NCBI GenBank assembly: GCA_015711795.1
Contig: JACVJC010000003.1
Span: 44,355-108,354 of the forward strand
Direction: 5' to 3'
DNA length: 64,000 nucleotides
Origin: Candidatus Geothermocultor quzhuomuensis
GTDB lineage: Bacteria > Actinomycetota > Aquicultoria > Geothermocultorales > Geothermocultoraceae
In this document: one piece after another, positions 20,394-29,694 of the stretch
Layout: each line of letters begins with the position of its first letter
Numbering within the stretch: the stretch's first letter is position 1
Notes under the pieces: model-generated
The model's input: the letters and a program-made list of their open reading frames with translations, nothing else
Databases searched by the model: none
What the model was told of the DNA's origin: nothing
Translations under genes and position numbers: made by a program

Positions 20394-21812
20394 TTATCTC
20401 TTCTCAACTTCTTTTTTGCCCCCCTTCCTTCTTTTTCTTCTCTTCCAATCACCAATTATTATTTGCTCTGCCCTTTCCAAAGCTAAAGAATCTTCTGGAA
20501 CATCACGAGTAATAGTTGAACCGGCTCCAGTGACTGCTCTTTTCCCTATTTTAACTGGTGCTACTAACATGGTGTCGCTTCCAATAAAAGCTCCTTCCTC
20601 AATCAATGTCGGATGTTTTTCCACCCCATCAAAGTTACAAGTAATTGTTCCTGCCCCCACATTTACATCCTTGCCGATGGTAGCATCACCGATGTAGCTT
20701 AAATGAGGTACTTTACTTTTCTCCCCTAGCTCACTTTTTTTCATTTCGACAAATGTTCCAACTTTTGCTCCCTTTTTAATTACCGTCCCAGGTCTGATAT
20801 GAGCAAAGGGGCCAATTTCAACTTCATCCTCAATTGAAGCTTCATTAACCCTTGCCCAATAAATCCTGACCTTATCTCCAATTTGTGAATTAGTTATCTT
20901 AACCGAGGGACCCACTTCACACCTTTTACCAATCCTTGTCCGTCCTTCTAGAAAAGTTAAAGGGTAAATTACAGTATCTTCCCCCACTGAAGTCTCTGGC
21001 CCAATAAAAGTAAGTGAAGGTTCCAAAATAGTTACACCACCATCCATCAAGTAAGAGCAGATTCGCTCCCTCATTAACCTGTTAGCTAAAATTAAATCTT
21101 GACGAGAATTGACCCCAAGGATTTCTCTCTCGTCATTTATTTTAAAGGCATTAACCCTCAAGTTTCTTTTATTTAAAATTTCAATGACATCAGTTAAATA
21201 ATACTCTTTTTTTACATTAAGGGGTTTTACTTCAGCGACAGCTTCAAAAAGAGGTCCTGCTTTAAAAAGATAAACACCTGAGTTAACTTCCTTAATTTTT
21301 CTTGTCTCTTCTAGTGCATCTCTCTCTTCAACAATTCTTTGGACACTACCATCCGAATTATAAACTACCCGTCCATATCCAGATGGTTGAGATAATTCAC
21401 AGGTTAAAATAGTTGCTGCTGGTTTCTTCTTTTGATGAGCCATAATAAAACCCTTAAGCGTATTCAAGTTAATGAGTGGAGCATCACCAGGCATAACAAG
21501 AATTTCACTAGAAAAATCCTCAATTAAAGGTTGAGCTGATTTAATAGCATCGGCTGTCCCCTTTGGTTTTTCCTGAATAGCCCAACAAGCGTTGGCTGGC
21601 AAAACCTCTTTAACTTTCTCTGCTTGGTAGCCTAAAATAACAACTAATTTTTCAGGATTTAAACTTTGAGCTAACCTCAATGGATAATAAATTAAAGGTT
21701 CCCCACAAACAGGATGAAGCACTTTAGCTAAGGAAGACTTCATTCTTGTTCCTTCGCCAGCTGCCAAAATAACAACGACTAACTTCACACTAACTCCTTT
21801 AACTTTTTTCAA
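20394..21812 (-). CDS. glmU: bifunctional UDP-N-acetylglucosamine pyrophosphorylase / glucosamine-1-phosphate N-acetyltransferase GlmU
   Basis: N-terminal VVILAAGEGTRMKS nucleotidyltransferase motif and C-terminal left-handed beta-helix hexapeptide repeats. Confidence 0.9.
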   Translation of the reverse strand: MKKVKGVSVKLVVVILAAGEGTRMKSSLAKVLHPVCGEPLIYYPLRLAQSLNPEKLVVILGYQAEKVKEVLPANACWAIQEKPKGTADAIKSAQPLIEDFSSEILVMPGDAPLINLNTLKGFIMAHQKKKPAATILTCELSQPSGYGRVVYNSDGSVQRIVEERDALEETRKIKEVNSGVYLFKAGPLFEAVAEVKPLNVKKEYYLTDVIEILNKRNLRVNAFKINDEREILGVNSRQDLILANRLMRERICSYLMDGGVTILEPSLTFIGPETSVGEDTVIYPLTFLEGRTRIGKRCEVGPSVKITNSQIGDKVRIYWARVNEASIEDEVEIGPFAHIRPGTVIKKGAKVGTFVEMKKSELGEKSKVPHLSYIGDATIGKDVNVGAGTITCNFDGVEKHPTLIEEGAFIGSDTMLVAPVKIGKRAVTGAGSTITRDVPEDSLALERAEQIIIGDWKRRKRRKGGKKEVEKR

Positions 21813-22067
21813 AAAAGTAACTTCTCACTTGTAACCTGTCCATGAAATCAAAAATTAAAAAGTCTTGAAGGATAAAGTTCTGAAAATAAAACTAATAAGC
21901 AGTTAATAGCAAATTTAGTTTTCAATCCTCAATCCTTCAATCCTTCCTACTTCAGCTCTTCAAGCTCTTAACTTTCAGTTCCCTGTTTCCAGCCATAAAC
22001 AAAGAGCCAAAGCCAAGAACTAGAGCCATTTTATCTAAAACCTTATCTTATCTCAATGCTTATTAGA

Positions 22068-22141
22068 TGGCTGGGGCGGGAGGATTCGAACCTCCGCTGC
22101 GGGATCCAAAGTCCCGTGCCTTACCGCTTGGCGACGCCCCA
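22068..22141 (-). tRNA. tRNA-Gln (anticodon TTG)
   Basis: U1-A72 acceptor (TGGGGCG.../...CGCCCCA) as in bacterial tRNA-Gln. Anticodon stem CGGGA with loop CTTTGGA, T-arm GGAGG-TTCGAAT-CCTCC, CCA. Confidence 0.8.
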
Positions 22142-22354
22142 CCATTCCTATAAAACGATCCTTCAGACATAGCTCTCAAACGCAATTTACAAATCCTCTT
22201 GATAAATCCAGATGGTTCTCTTAAATTCGAATACCCAAATGATAAGGCTCAAAATCCCAAACAGTTTCGAGCTTCATATTTCGATTTCTCTCCAAAGATA
22301 CCACCCAGACTTCTCTATCTCTTAAGTGGTCTTATTTGCCAAAAGAGCTAAAAA

Positions 22355-22612
22355 TTATTTTTTTATCTTCTCATACTCTTCCAAAATAGCTTTTTGGATT
22401 ATCTCTCTGGTTTCTGTGTTTAATGGATGAGCAATATCACGGTATTCCCCATTGGGGAGCTTGCGACTAGGCATTGCTACAAAAAGACCTTTTTCTCCAT
22501 CAACAACCCTAATATCATGAACTACAAAATCATCATCAATTGTAATTGAAGCCATTGCTTTTACCCGATTCATTCTTTCAACGAGCCGAACAGCTACTTT
22601 GGTAATGTTCAT
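22355..22612 (-). CDS. spoVG: septation protein SpoVG
   Basis: [65 protein letters not shown] is a near-canonical SpoVG. Confidence 0.85.
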   Translation of the reverse strand: MNITKVAVRLVERMNRVKAMASITIDDDFVVHDIRVVDGEKGLFVAMPSRKLPNGEYRDIAHPLNTETREIIQKAILEEYEKIKK

Positions 22613-22634
22613 TTCTTTCCTCCTGTGAATTGAT

Positions 22635-23021
22635 TTAAGTCAAAGCGATTGCAGAAACTTCAATTTTCACGTCTTTTGGAAGGCGCGAAACTTGAACCAT
22701 TTCTCTGGCTGGATAGTCCTCCTCAAAAAATTCTTCGAAAACTTGATTGACCTGTGGGAATTCTTCAAGCTCAGTCAAGTAAACAGTCAATTTAACCACT
22801 TTTGAAAGAGAGCTATTGCCAGCCAATAAGATTGCCTGGAGGTTCTTTAAAACCTGCCTTGTTTGTTCTATTATTTCTCCTTTAATCACCTCCCCTGTCT
22901 TAGGATCGATTGGAATTTGACCAGAAACGAAAATTAAATTATCTAATTTGATAGCTTGGGAATAAGGACCAATTGGCTTGGGGGCATTTTCAGTTAAAAT
23001 CTTTACTTTCATTTTCCTCAC
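22635..23021 (-). CDS. ridA: RidA/YjgF/YabJ family reactive-intermediate deaminase
   Basis: [33 protein letters not shown] is the RidA signature. Occupies the yabJ position. Confidence 0.8.
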   Translation of the reverse strand: MRKMKVKILTENAPKPIGPYSQAIKLDNLIFVSGQIPIDPKTGEVIKGEIIEQTRQVLKNLQAILLAGNSSLSKVVKLTVYLTELEEFPQVNQVFEEFFEEDYPAREMVQVSRLPKDVKIEVSAIALT

Positions 23022-23775
23022 CCCAATTTGCCATTACATCCTGGACTAATTTTAAATCTTCTTCCTTATCAACGTCCAAACCTACTTCTGGATAAGGCGT
23101 AATAACAGCAATAATTTTAGCATTAACTAGTGAGGAAAGTCTCTCCTCAGCCTCGGTAATAGTTAATCTTTTAAAGAAGAACTTCAAGAGAAATTTAAAA
23201 CCTAAAACTTTAGCTAATCTCAAAGGACTCTTTCTAAGCGAGTAAAATTGATTGACCAATAACTCATTATTAAGTAAAATTTTGGGATTAACAAAAATTA
23301 AATTACCCCCTGTAAATGTTCCTTCTCTCACCGTAGCATAGGTTCTCTTGGCTAAAGGAAACCTTTTGTTCATTTCTTCTTTAGGAACAATTGGATAGTA
23401 ACCATCTGCTCTTTTTAGTTTACACCTTTCGAGAAAATCTTTTATCGCTTCTGAAGTTATTAGAGGAATGTCAGAAGATAAGATAAGGACTTTTTCGCTT
23501 TTAACTTCTCTCAAGCCTTTAAAAAGGTTTTCTAGCATTGTTCCATCTGTATAAATAACCTTATCTACCTTCTGAGCCCAAGAATCAACTGAAACTGAGG
23601 GGGGAATAGTGACAAAAATATGCTTAATAAAGGAACACATTCTGAGCTGGTCAACAACATATTCTATCATCAACTTTCCCCCTATTTTAATCTCACCCTT
23701 ACAGAGAGTTTTTTTGCCTTTCTTAAGGGTTCCTCCACCAAGAACAACTGCATCTAAAAGCAATTTTCCTCCCAT
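22990..23775 (-). CDS. MobA-like nucleotidyltransferase (NTP-transferase) domain protein; occupies the slot where purR sits in Bacillus
   Basis: [12 protein letters not shown]...[13 protein letters not shown] resembles the G-rich NTP-binding loop of MobA/CofC-like NTP transferases. Substrate unknown. Confidence 0.45.
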   Translation of the reverse strand: MGGKLLLDAVVLGGGTLKKGKKTLCKGEIKIGGKLMIEYVVDQLRMCSFIKHIFVTIPPSVSVDSWAQKVDKVIYTDGTMLENLFKGLREVKSEKVLILSSDIPLITSEAIKDFLERCKLKRADGYYPIVPKEEMNKRFPLAKRTYATVREGTFTGGNLIFVNPKILLNNELLVNQFYSLRKSPLRLAKVLGFKFLLKFFFKRLTITEAEERLSSLVNAKIIAVITPYPEVGLDVDKEEDLKLVQDVMANWGEENESKDFN

Positions 23776-23796
23776 TTAAAAATTTAATTTGGTTAA

Positions 23797-24735
23797 CTAA
23801 TTCTCAGAAATTGAATAAAGTCCCGTTTGCTCACCAAACTCAACCCCTCTTCGAACTGGAAAAGTTAGATAAACTTCCGAAGATGTCTTTTGAGCCATTA
23901 GCTTGAGCTTTGTATTAACTTTTAAAGCCTTTTTCTTCAAATCAACTAGGGAAAAAACAGCTGGTCCACTTCCACTCATTAAAGAACCAAGTGCTCCCCA
24001 AGTTAACGCTTCTTTTTTTATCTTAAAAATAAGAGGATAAATTCTACCAGTAACTTCCTCTAAGTCATTCTCTAATCCCTGAGCAACTTCTTTAAGATTT
24101 TTTCTTTCAAGCCCTTTAAGAATAATGGAACTACTTTTCTTAGAAACCCTTTCTTTTTTCTCATCAAATTTCTCATAAATTTCCTTGGTCAGAGCTTGAA
24201 AAGGAGGCTTAAACAAGATTATCCAACACTCTGGAAGAGGAGAGAGAGAAGATACATTCTCGCCCTTTCCTTTAACGAGACAAGTTCCTCCTTTAATAAA
24301 AAAAGGGATATCAGAACCAATTTCTGAACCAATTTCTATTAATTCTTCATCCACTAAATTCAAATCAAAAAGATATCTCAACCCCACTAAAACTGCAGCT
24401 GCATCTGCACTTCCGCCCCCCAAACCAGCTGAAATTGGTATTTTTTTAATTAATTTAATAGAAATACACGGAATATTGAATTTTTTTTGTAATGATTGAG
24501 AAGCTTTTAAAACCAAATTATCCTTCCTCACTAAAAAGGGAAGATTGCACCAAAATTTGGTTTCTTTGGAAGGAGCGAGTTCTATTTCATCAGCGAGGGA
24601 AATATTTTGAATAATACTTTCAATCTCGTGATAGCCGTCTTTTCGCTTCCCAAAAACTCTGAGGTATAAATTTACCTTACCGTAAGCCAATAATTTAATT
24701 TTCACTTTTAAGCCTATTCTGAAAAGAAAAAACAA
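23797..24735 (-). CDS. ispE: 4-diphosphocytidyl-2-C-methyl-D-erythritol kinase
   Basis: KVNLYLRV...G.R.DGYHEIESI and the GHMP kinase glycine-rich loop (PISAGLGGGSADAAAVL). Confidence 0.8.
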   Translation of the reverse strand: MFFLFRIGLKVKIKLLAYGKVNLYLRVFGKRKDGYHEIESIIQNISLADEIELAPSKETKFWCNLPFLVRKDNLVLKASQSLQKKFNIPCISIKLIKKIPISAGLGGGSADAAAVLVGLRYLFDLNLVDEELIEIGSEIGSDIPFFIKGGTCLVKGKGENVSSLSPLPECWIILFKPPFQALTKEIYEKFDEKKERVSKKSSSIILKGLERKNLKEVAQGLENDLEEVTGRIYPLIFKIKKEALTWGALGSLMSGSGPAVFSLVDLKKKALKVNTKLKLMAQKTSSEVYLTFPVRRGVEFGEQTGLYSISEN

Positions 24736-24866
24736 AACTTATAACTCTACTTCTGCAGTAAACTAACTCCATTATAATACTTTTAAAGATGTTGCATCTC
24801 AAGAAAACTAAAAAGTAATTTAAGTCTTAACAGTACAAGTAAAATTATTTAAACACAAAGGAAGGT

Positions 24867-25154
24867 TCAATGCAACCAAGGAAAAAGATTTTCGCCACTT
24901 AGGGGATGAGAAAGCTCAACCGTTTTAATTAAAATATCGGCATAACTATAAGATATTCGCCGACTTTTTTCCAGAGGTTCCTCAAGTTTTATTACAAATA
25001 AATTGGGGTGAGTTTCTTCTAAAATTCCAATTCTCTCAACAATCCGACAACGACCTAAATTAGTTCGGAATTTCATCCTGGAGCCACGATAAGATTCCAA
25101 ATCTCTTCTTATTTTCTCGATTACCTCGTGTTGGAATGATTTAAATTCTGACAT
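24867..25154 (-). CDS. veg: Veg (biofilm/sporulation-associated small protein)
   Basis: RISYSYADILIKTVEL and GILEETHPNLFVIKLEE closely parallel B. subtilis Veg (RVSYSYADILTETVEL). Start set at the internal Met (MSEFKSF). Confidence 0.75.
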   Translation of the reverse strand: MSEFKSFQHEVIEKIRRDLESYRGSRMKFRTNLGRCRIVERIGILEETHPNLFVIKLEEPLEKSRRISYSYADILIKTVELSHPLSGENLFPWLH

Positions 25155-25229
25155 TTGCTCCCCTCGCAAAATGTAATTATACCTGATAAATTCAAAAAAA
25201 TCAAGATATTTGTAAGAAAAAAACATTTT

Positions 25230-26093
25230 TTAATTTAGTTTTGTTTTAATTGTTCTGTATAAATTGGTAAATTCTTCCAAATTTAATGCTTCTGCCCTTG
25301 TCTTTAAGTCTATTGACCCCTCCTTTAAACTTTCCGCTAACTCTTCTTGGCTTAAAAGGAAAAACTGAGAAGAAATCAAACTATTGAGAATCGTTTTTCT
25401 CGGGTAAGCAAAAGAAGCTGAGATTATCTTAAAGAACAAGTCAACATCTTCTACCGCTACCTTTGGAGAAGTTAATCTGACAATTTTCATCACTACCGAC
25501 TTTACTTTTGGTGGTGGTTTAAAAACATTTGGTGAAAGTTCCATTACAATTTGAGGGTCAGCAAAAAATTGCACCTTTAAGGAAAGAGCACTATAACTTT
25601 TACTCTTTGGTGTAGCAATCATTTTTTGAGCTAATTCCTTTTGAATCGTCACTACCATTTCTTTAATTTGAGGGTAAGTCTTCAAATAACTCACAATTAA
25701 AGGAGTAGCAATGTTATAAGGTAAATTAGAGACCAACTTATTAGGAAAATTTAACCCCTTAAACAACTCTTTTAAATTTAACCTTAAAGCATCTCCTTGG
25801 AATATTTTTACATTAGGCTGCCCTTGCAGAACTTCATTGAGAACTGGAAGGAGATTTTTATCAAATTCAATCCCCAAGACGAGCCTTGCTTTTTGAGAAA
25901 GGAGATAAGTTAAGTTTCCAACTCCAGATCCAACCTCTAAAACGACATCATCTGGGGAAATGTTGGCAATTTCAACAATCTTTCTCAAAATATTAAAGTT
26001 GACTAAGAAATGCTGACCAAACCTCTTTCGCGGAAAAACTTTAAAATTCTTTAAAATTTGTGAGGTCTTTAACCATCTTGAATTGTTCATCAA
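25230..26093 (-). CDS. rsmA: 16S rRNA (adenine1518/1519-N6)-dimethyltransferase RsmA/KsgA
   Basis: FGQHFLVN...VLEVGSGVGNLT SAM-binding motif. 287 aa. Confidence 0.9.
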   Translation of the reverse strand: MMNNSRWLKTSQILKNFKVFPRKRFGQHFLVNFNILRKIVEIANISPDDVVLEVGSGVGNLTYLLSQKARLVLGIEFDKNLLPVLNEVLQGQPNVKIFQGDALRLNLKELFKGLNFPNKLVSNLPYNIATPLIVSYLKTYPQIKEMVVTIQKELAQKMIATPKSKSYSALSLKVQFFADPQIVMELSPNVFKPPPKVKSVVMKIVRLTSPKVAVEDVDLFFKIISASFAYPRKTILNSLISSQFFLLSQEELAESLKEGSIDLKTRAEALNLEEFTNLYRTIKTKLN

Positions 26094-27094
26094 GGCAAGA
26101 TTTTAACGCTAAGAGACCTTCGGCCAAACTGTTGGGCTTCCTTAAGACTATCAAAGCAAAGGTCAATTCGCTTACCTTTAATTGCTCCCCCCGTGTCAGC
26201 AGCAATGGCAATACCATAACCAGGAATATAAAGCCTTGTCCCTAATGGAATAACTCTTGGATCGACTGCAACGATTCCTTTTCTTGCCCTTGCTCCTGTT
26301 GCGGTTCGGTAACCACAGCCATGACCAGGGGTATAAGCTGTAGCATTTAAAACAAGAGTTGAGTCTCCTCGTGAAACACTAATAGGAAAAATACGAGAAT
26401 AACTCCTTTGCCCTCTTGTTCCAACCGCAAGCACTGCATTAACAGGGGAAAGAGAAAGTTTCTCCGAGATTAAGGTTCGCTTAACTTCTTTACCACCCTT
26501 AATAAGTACCTTAAAAGTACGAACTAAAATACCTTCCTTCCCCCGTTGGATAACTTTTTTTTCTCCAAGAGGAAGTTTATTATCTCTTCTCTCGATTGTT
26601 TTATAGGGTATAGGTACCCTCACCGTCTTTTCTTGTTCAAAAACATGGGTAACATAGACTACTATCCCACGCTTAATTTTAGTAGAAAGCGAAGGAAAAA
26701 TAATATCTTGAGAAGTTATTTTCTCCCCTACTTCATTTAAAGCTTCTTTAACTGTTTTAGCTACTAATTTTTTAGCTTTCTTTTTACCGTCTATTACAAA
26801 ACTTACTGGTGTGGCTCTTTCTACGACTACTTTCATTCCCTCTTTAAGAGGGGTATTAAGATTTGGCTTTACTACATCCCCTGATTCGATTGTTACCCCG
26901 TTTTCTTCTAGTAAGTCACCAACCGTTTCTCCCATTGTCTTTTGATAAGTGACCCTTTCGCCAACTATCAGCTGGACATCTTTCTGAGCCCAGACATAGG
27001 CGCTTACTACCAGGAGAAAAACTAGAGCTAAAAAGGGTAAAATTACCTTCCTTCTTAGCCCTGGCGACTGAAGAAAACGTAAACTCAATCGCAC
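26090..27094 (-). CDS. YabE-like cell-wall binding protein (DUF348 - G5 - 3D domains)
   Basis: N-terminal TM helix. C-terminal 3D-domain motif ATAYTPGHGCG...GIVAVDPRVIPLGTRLYIPGYG...DTGGAIKGKRIDL. Same position as yabE in Bacillus. Confidence 0.7.
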   Translation of the reverse strand: MRLSLRFLQSPGLRRKVILPFLALVFLLVVSAYVWAQKDVQLIVGERVTYQKTMGETVGDLLEENGVTIESGDVVKPNLNTPLKEGMKVVVERATPVSFVIDGKKKAKKLVAKTVKEALNEVGEKITSQDIIFPSLSTKIKRGIVVYVTHVFEQEKTVRVPIPYKTIERRDNKLPLGEKKVIQRGKEGILVRTFKVLIKGGKEVKRTLISEKLSLSPVNAVLAVGTRGQRSYSRIFPISVSRGDSTLVLNATAYTPGHGCGYRTATGARARKGIVAVDPRVIPLGTRLYIPGYGIAIAADTGGAIKGKRIDLCFDSLKEAQQFGRRSLSVKILP

Positions 27095-27205
27095 CAGTCC
27101 TTTCAGTCTTTTCTTTATTCAGTTGTCAAGAGGGAAAAGCGGTTAAAAATTATAACACAAAAGATTTTCAAAAGCAAAACAATTTATTAATTGGGAGACA
27201 AAAAA

Positions 27206-27976
27206 TTAAGTGGCTAACTCTTCAGAAGATTGAGTTTCTCTTCTCCTCTTAATAATAAAAAGGGAAACTACTGCTCCAAAAAGAGCAAAAAGAATTACCA
27301 AAACTATTACAGCTATTAAAATAATTGCCCACCATCGAACATAAACAGAAGAAGCTTCAACCTTCCCCCCTTCAATGGGATTAATTCGCCAGGTTGCTGT
27401 TCCTTCCTTTACCTCTGAAGTATTAGCTTTAGTTAACTTCCCAGGTAAAGTAAGATTATAAACAACTGAAAAAACCTGAGCTAATCTTTTTTCCTCAGGG
27501 GTTGCCTTCTTAAGAGAAGGAAAGCTTTCCAAAAAGGTATAGTTAGAAAAGAAAAGAAAGTTTTTTTGAATTAACTTAATATTGCTTGATTTAGGCTGAG
27601 GACTTTTTTTGTCCTCCCCCATCTTTTCATTTATTTTCTTGAGCTCTTCAATATCAGAAAAGTTAAAACTCGATTCATAATGAACCTTTCCTTCTTGAGA
27701 ATATTTTTTAAAGTTGGCTTCCTGAGGCAAATCTTTTTTTAACTGCTCTTCAAGGGAAATTTGTCCTTCTTTCTTAGCTTGCGCTTCAAGGAGGGTAATA
27801 AGGTTTTCATCGATTGCAACATCAATAATCCTTTTCCCAGAACCATTAGGGTTAATTTTTGTAGTTACCGTAAAAGTGACGCAGCCTGATAAAAAGAGGG
27901 CAAAGATTAAAAGAATTGAAAAAAGAAGATAATATATTTTTTTCATCTTTGCCCCCTTATAAATTGAGTAAGTCAA
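27206..27976 (-). CDS. lipoprotein with C-terminal TM anchor, unknown function
   Basis: LSGC lipobox and a C-terminal hydrophobic helix. Confidence 0.4.
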   Translation of the reverse strand: MTYSIYKGAKMKKIYYLLFSILLIFALFLSGCVTFTVTTKINPNGSGKRIIDVAIDENLITLLEAQAKKEGQISLEEQLKKDLPQEANFKKYSQEGKVHYESSFNFSDIEELKKINEKMGEDKKSPQPKSSNIKLIQKNFLFFSNYTFLESFPSLKKATPEEKRLAQVFSVVYNLTLPGKLTKANTSEVKEGTATWRINPIEGGKVEASSVYVRWWAIILIAVIVLVILFALFGAVVSLFIIKRRRETQSSEELAT

Positions 27977-28016
27977 AAATAGCTTATTGGCTTCGGGGCG
28001 TCAAGAAAAATTTTTT

Positions 28017-28778
28017 TTAAAAAGAGAAAACTTCATAAGCATTATTGGTTGTAATCTTTGCAACCTCATTTAAAGTTACCTCTTTAAGAAAGGAAATTTT
28101 TTCAGCAATTAAGGTTAGAAGAGAAGGTTCATTAGTTTTTCCTCTAAAAGGGTGAGGAGTTAAATAAGGAGAATCAGTTTCAAGTAAAAGATGGGAAAGA
28201 GGAAGTTCCCGCACAACTTCACTTAATCTTCTAGCATTTTGGAAGGTAATTGGCCCGGCGATAGAAATTAAATACCCCATCTTTATTAGCTCTTTCCCCA
28301 TTTCCAGAGAACCTGAGAAACAATGAAAAACGACTTTTCTTTCTTTGGAACCTGCTTCCCTAATTATCTCTAAAGTATCTTGATAAGCTTCTCGATTGTG
28401 CACTATGAGGGGCAAGTTTAACTCTAAAGATAAATCAATCTGCCTTTTAAAAGCATCCTTTTGTTTCTTTCTCGGAGAAAAATTGTGATAGTAATCTAAA
28501 CCCGTTTCTCCAATAGCTACCACCTTAGAATTCATAGCTAATTTTTTTAGCTCAGCAATTGTCTTCTGGCTAACTTCATGGGCATCGTGAGGATGAATAC
28601 CAATAGCGGCATAAACACTTTCAAATTGATTAGAAATGGAAAGAGACTTGAGGCAGGAATCATAATCAGTTCCCACTGTTATTATCTTTTCAATCCCTTT
28701 AGTGAAAGCTCTCTTAATTAGAATTTTTACTTCCTCAGGCTGATAAAGGTCAAGATGAGTATGGGTATCAATGAGCAT
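28017..28778 (-). CDS. tatD: TatD family metal-dependent hydrolase/DNase
   Basis: MLIDTHTHLD start. TIM-barrel metal ligands. Confidence 0.85.
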   Translation of the reverse strand: MLIDTHTHLDLYQPEEVKILIKRAFTKGIEKIITVGTDYDSCLKSLSISNQFESVYAAIGIHPHDAHEVSQKTIAELKKLAMNSKVVAIGETGLDYYHNFSPRKKQKDAFKRQIDLSLELNLPLIVHNREAYQDTLEIIREAGSKERKVVFHCFSGSLEMGKELIKMGYLISIAGPITFQNARRLSEVVRELPLSHLLLETDSPYLTPHPFRGKTNEPSLLTLIAEKISFLKEVTLNEVAKITTNNAYEVFSF

Positions 28779-29184
28779 AACTCCCCCCCAAACTAGGCTG
28801 AAATTCTAAGGGCTTGAAATCTAATTTTAGTTTTATCGCCTACTTTTTTTCAATCCTTTTTGAGCTATGCTTTAAATTTTTTAGTTATCCTTTGTATTAG
28901 GTGGATGGATTATTCCCGCGATTTGGACAAACTTTTTATTGGATACATTTATACTTCTAGTTTTTCCCCTTCTCTTCGCTAATCACCTAGTGCAACGCGG
29001 TAAAAACAACTTACTAATTTTATCAATATCTAGTGACATTAAAAATGTGGTAAAAAGTTAGGTTCACTTTAGTTTTTAAATTTTTGTGAGAGCCTTGGGT
29101 TCATCCTGAACAAAGTTAAAGTCTTTTGCTTTCACTCTTTACTTCTCCAGCTTTTCAGCCTGCTTTTTGCTAATTGTTAGCTGG

Positions 29185-29694
29185 TTACTGATTAAAGAAA
29201 TCCTTAACTTCCTTATGGCACCTTTTACAATCTTTTTCTTTGGGCGCTTCTGTATCGGTGAACTTGGTTGCCCCATGAACAACTCGAGAATGACAATCAG
29301 TGCACTGAATTTCATTTTTAAGGTGAATGTGGTGCTCAACTTTCCTTTTCCCAACCCACTTTATTAAGGTAACTTCTTGGTGGCATTTTAAACAGTTTTC
29401 GTTTCCAACTCGACTTTTAATGGGTTTAGCAAATCCACCTGTGAAATGAAGAAAAACTCCCTTCACCCCTTTAAAGTAAGCAAGGGCTGAGCCAATTGCC
29501 CCTGGCTTAGTGTGGCAAAGTCGGCAGTCAAACCCGTGATGAGAAGAGTTTTCCCAAGAATTATAAGCTTCTTTCATCTCATGACAAAAACGACAAAAAG
29601 AAGGTTTAGAAGCATAATCCAAAGCAAAAATAAAAGCGACTAAAAATATAATGGAAAAGCCAATCCCTAGAATTCTTCGCTCATCAGGATTCAT
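29185..29694 (-). CDS. NapC/NirT/NrfH-family membrane-anchored multihaem cytochrome c (5 CxxCH)
   Basis: N-terminal TM helix followed by CRFCH, CRLCH, CLKCH, CTDCH, CKRCH. Architecture of quinol-oxidising NrfH/NapC. Confidence 0.7.
   Translation of the reverse strand: MNPDERRILGIGFSIIFLVAFIFALDYASKPSFCRFCHEMKEAYNSWENSSHHGFDCRLCHTKPGAIGSALAYFKGVKGVFLHFTGGFAKPIKSRVGNENCLKCHQEVTLIKWVGKRKVEHHIHLKNEIQCTDCHSRVVHGATKFTDTEAPKEKDCKRCHKEVKDFFNQ

Noticed and set aside
21890-22060. Short CAATCCT/TCAATCC and CTTCAGCTCTTCAAGCTCTTAACTTTCAG repeats downstream of tRNA-Gln
   Set aside because: These are low-complexity pyrimidine-rich repeats of only 2-3 imperfect copies. They are most likely tRNA 3' flank or terminator-region sequence, which is not distinctive enough to call.
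22065-22145. tRNA beginning with U instead of G, considered a possible mis-folded or pseudo-tRNA
   Set aside because: U1-A72 is the normal first base pair of bacterial tRNA-Gln, and all stems and the T-loop fold canonically. Kept as a genuine tRNA-Gln(TTG).
29139-29367. Two small overlapping ORFs (71 and 66 aa) at the 3' end of the NrfH-like cytochrome gene
   Set aside because: They overlap the well-supported haem-motif-bearing gene 29185..29694 and have no features of their own.
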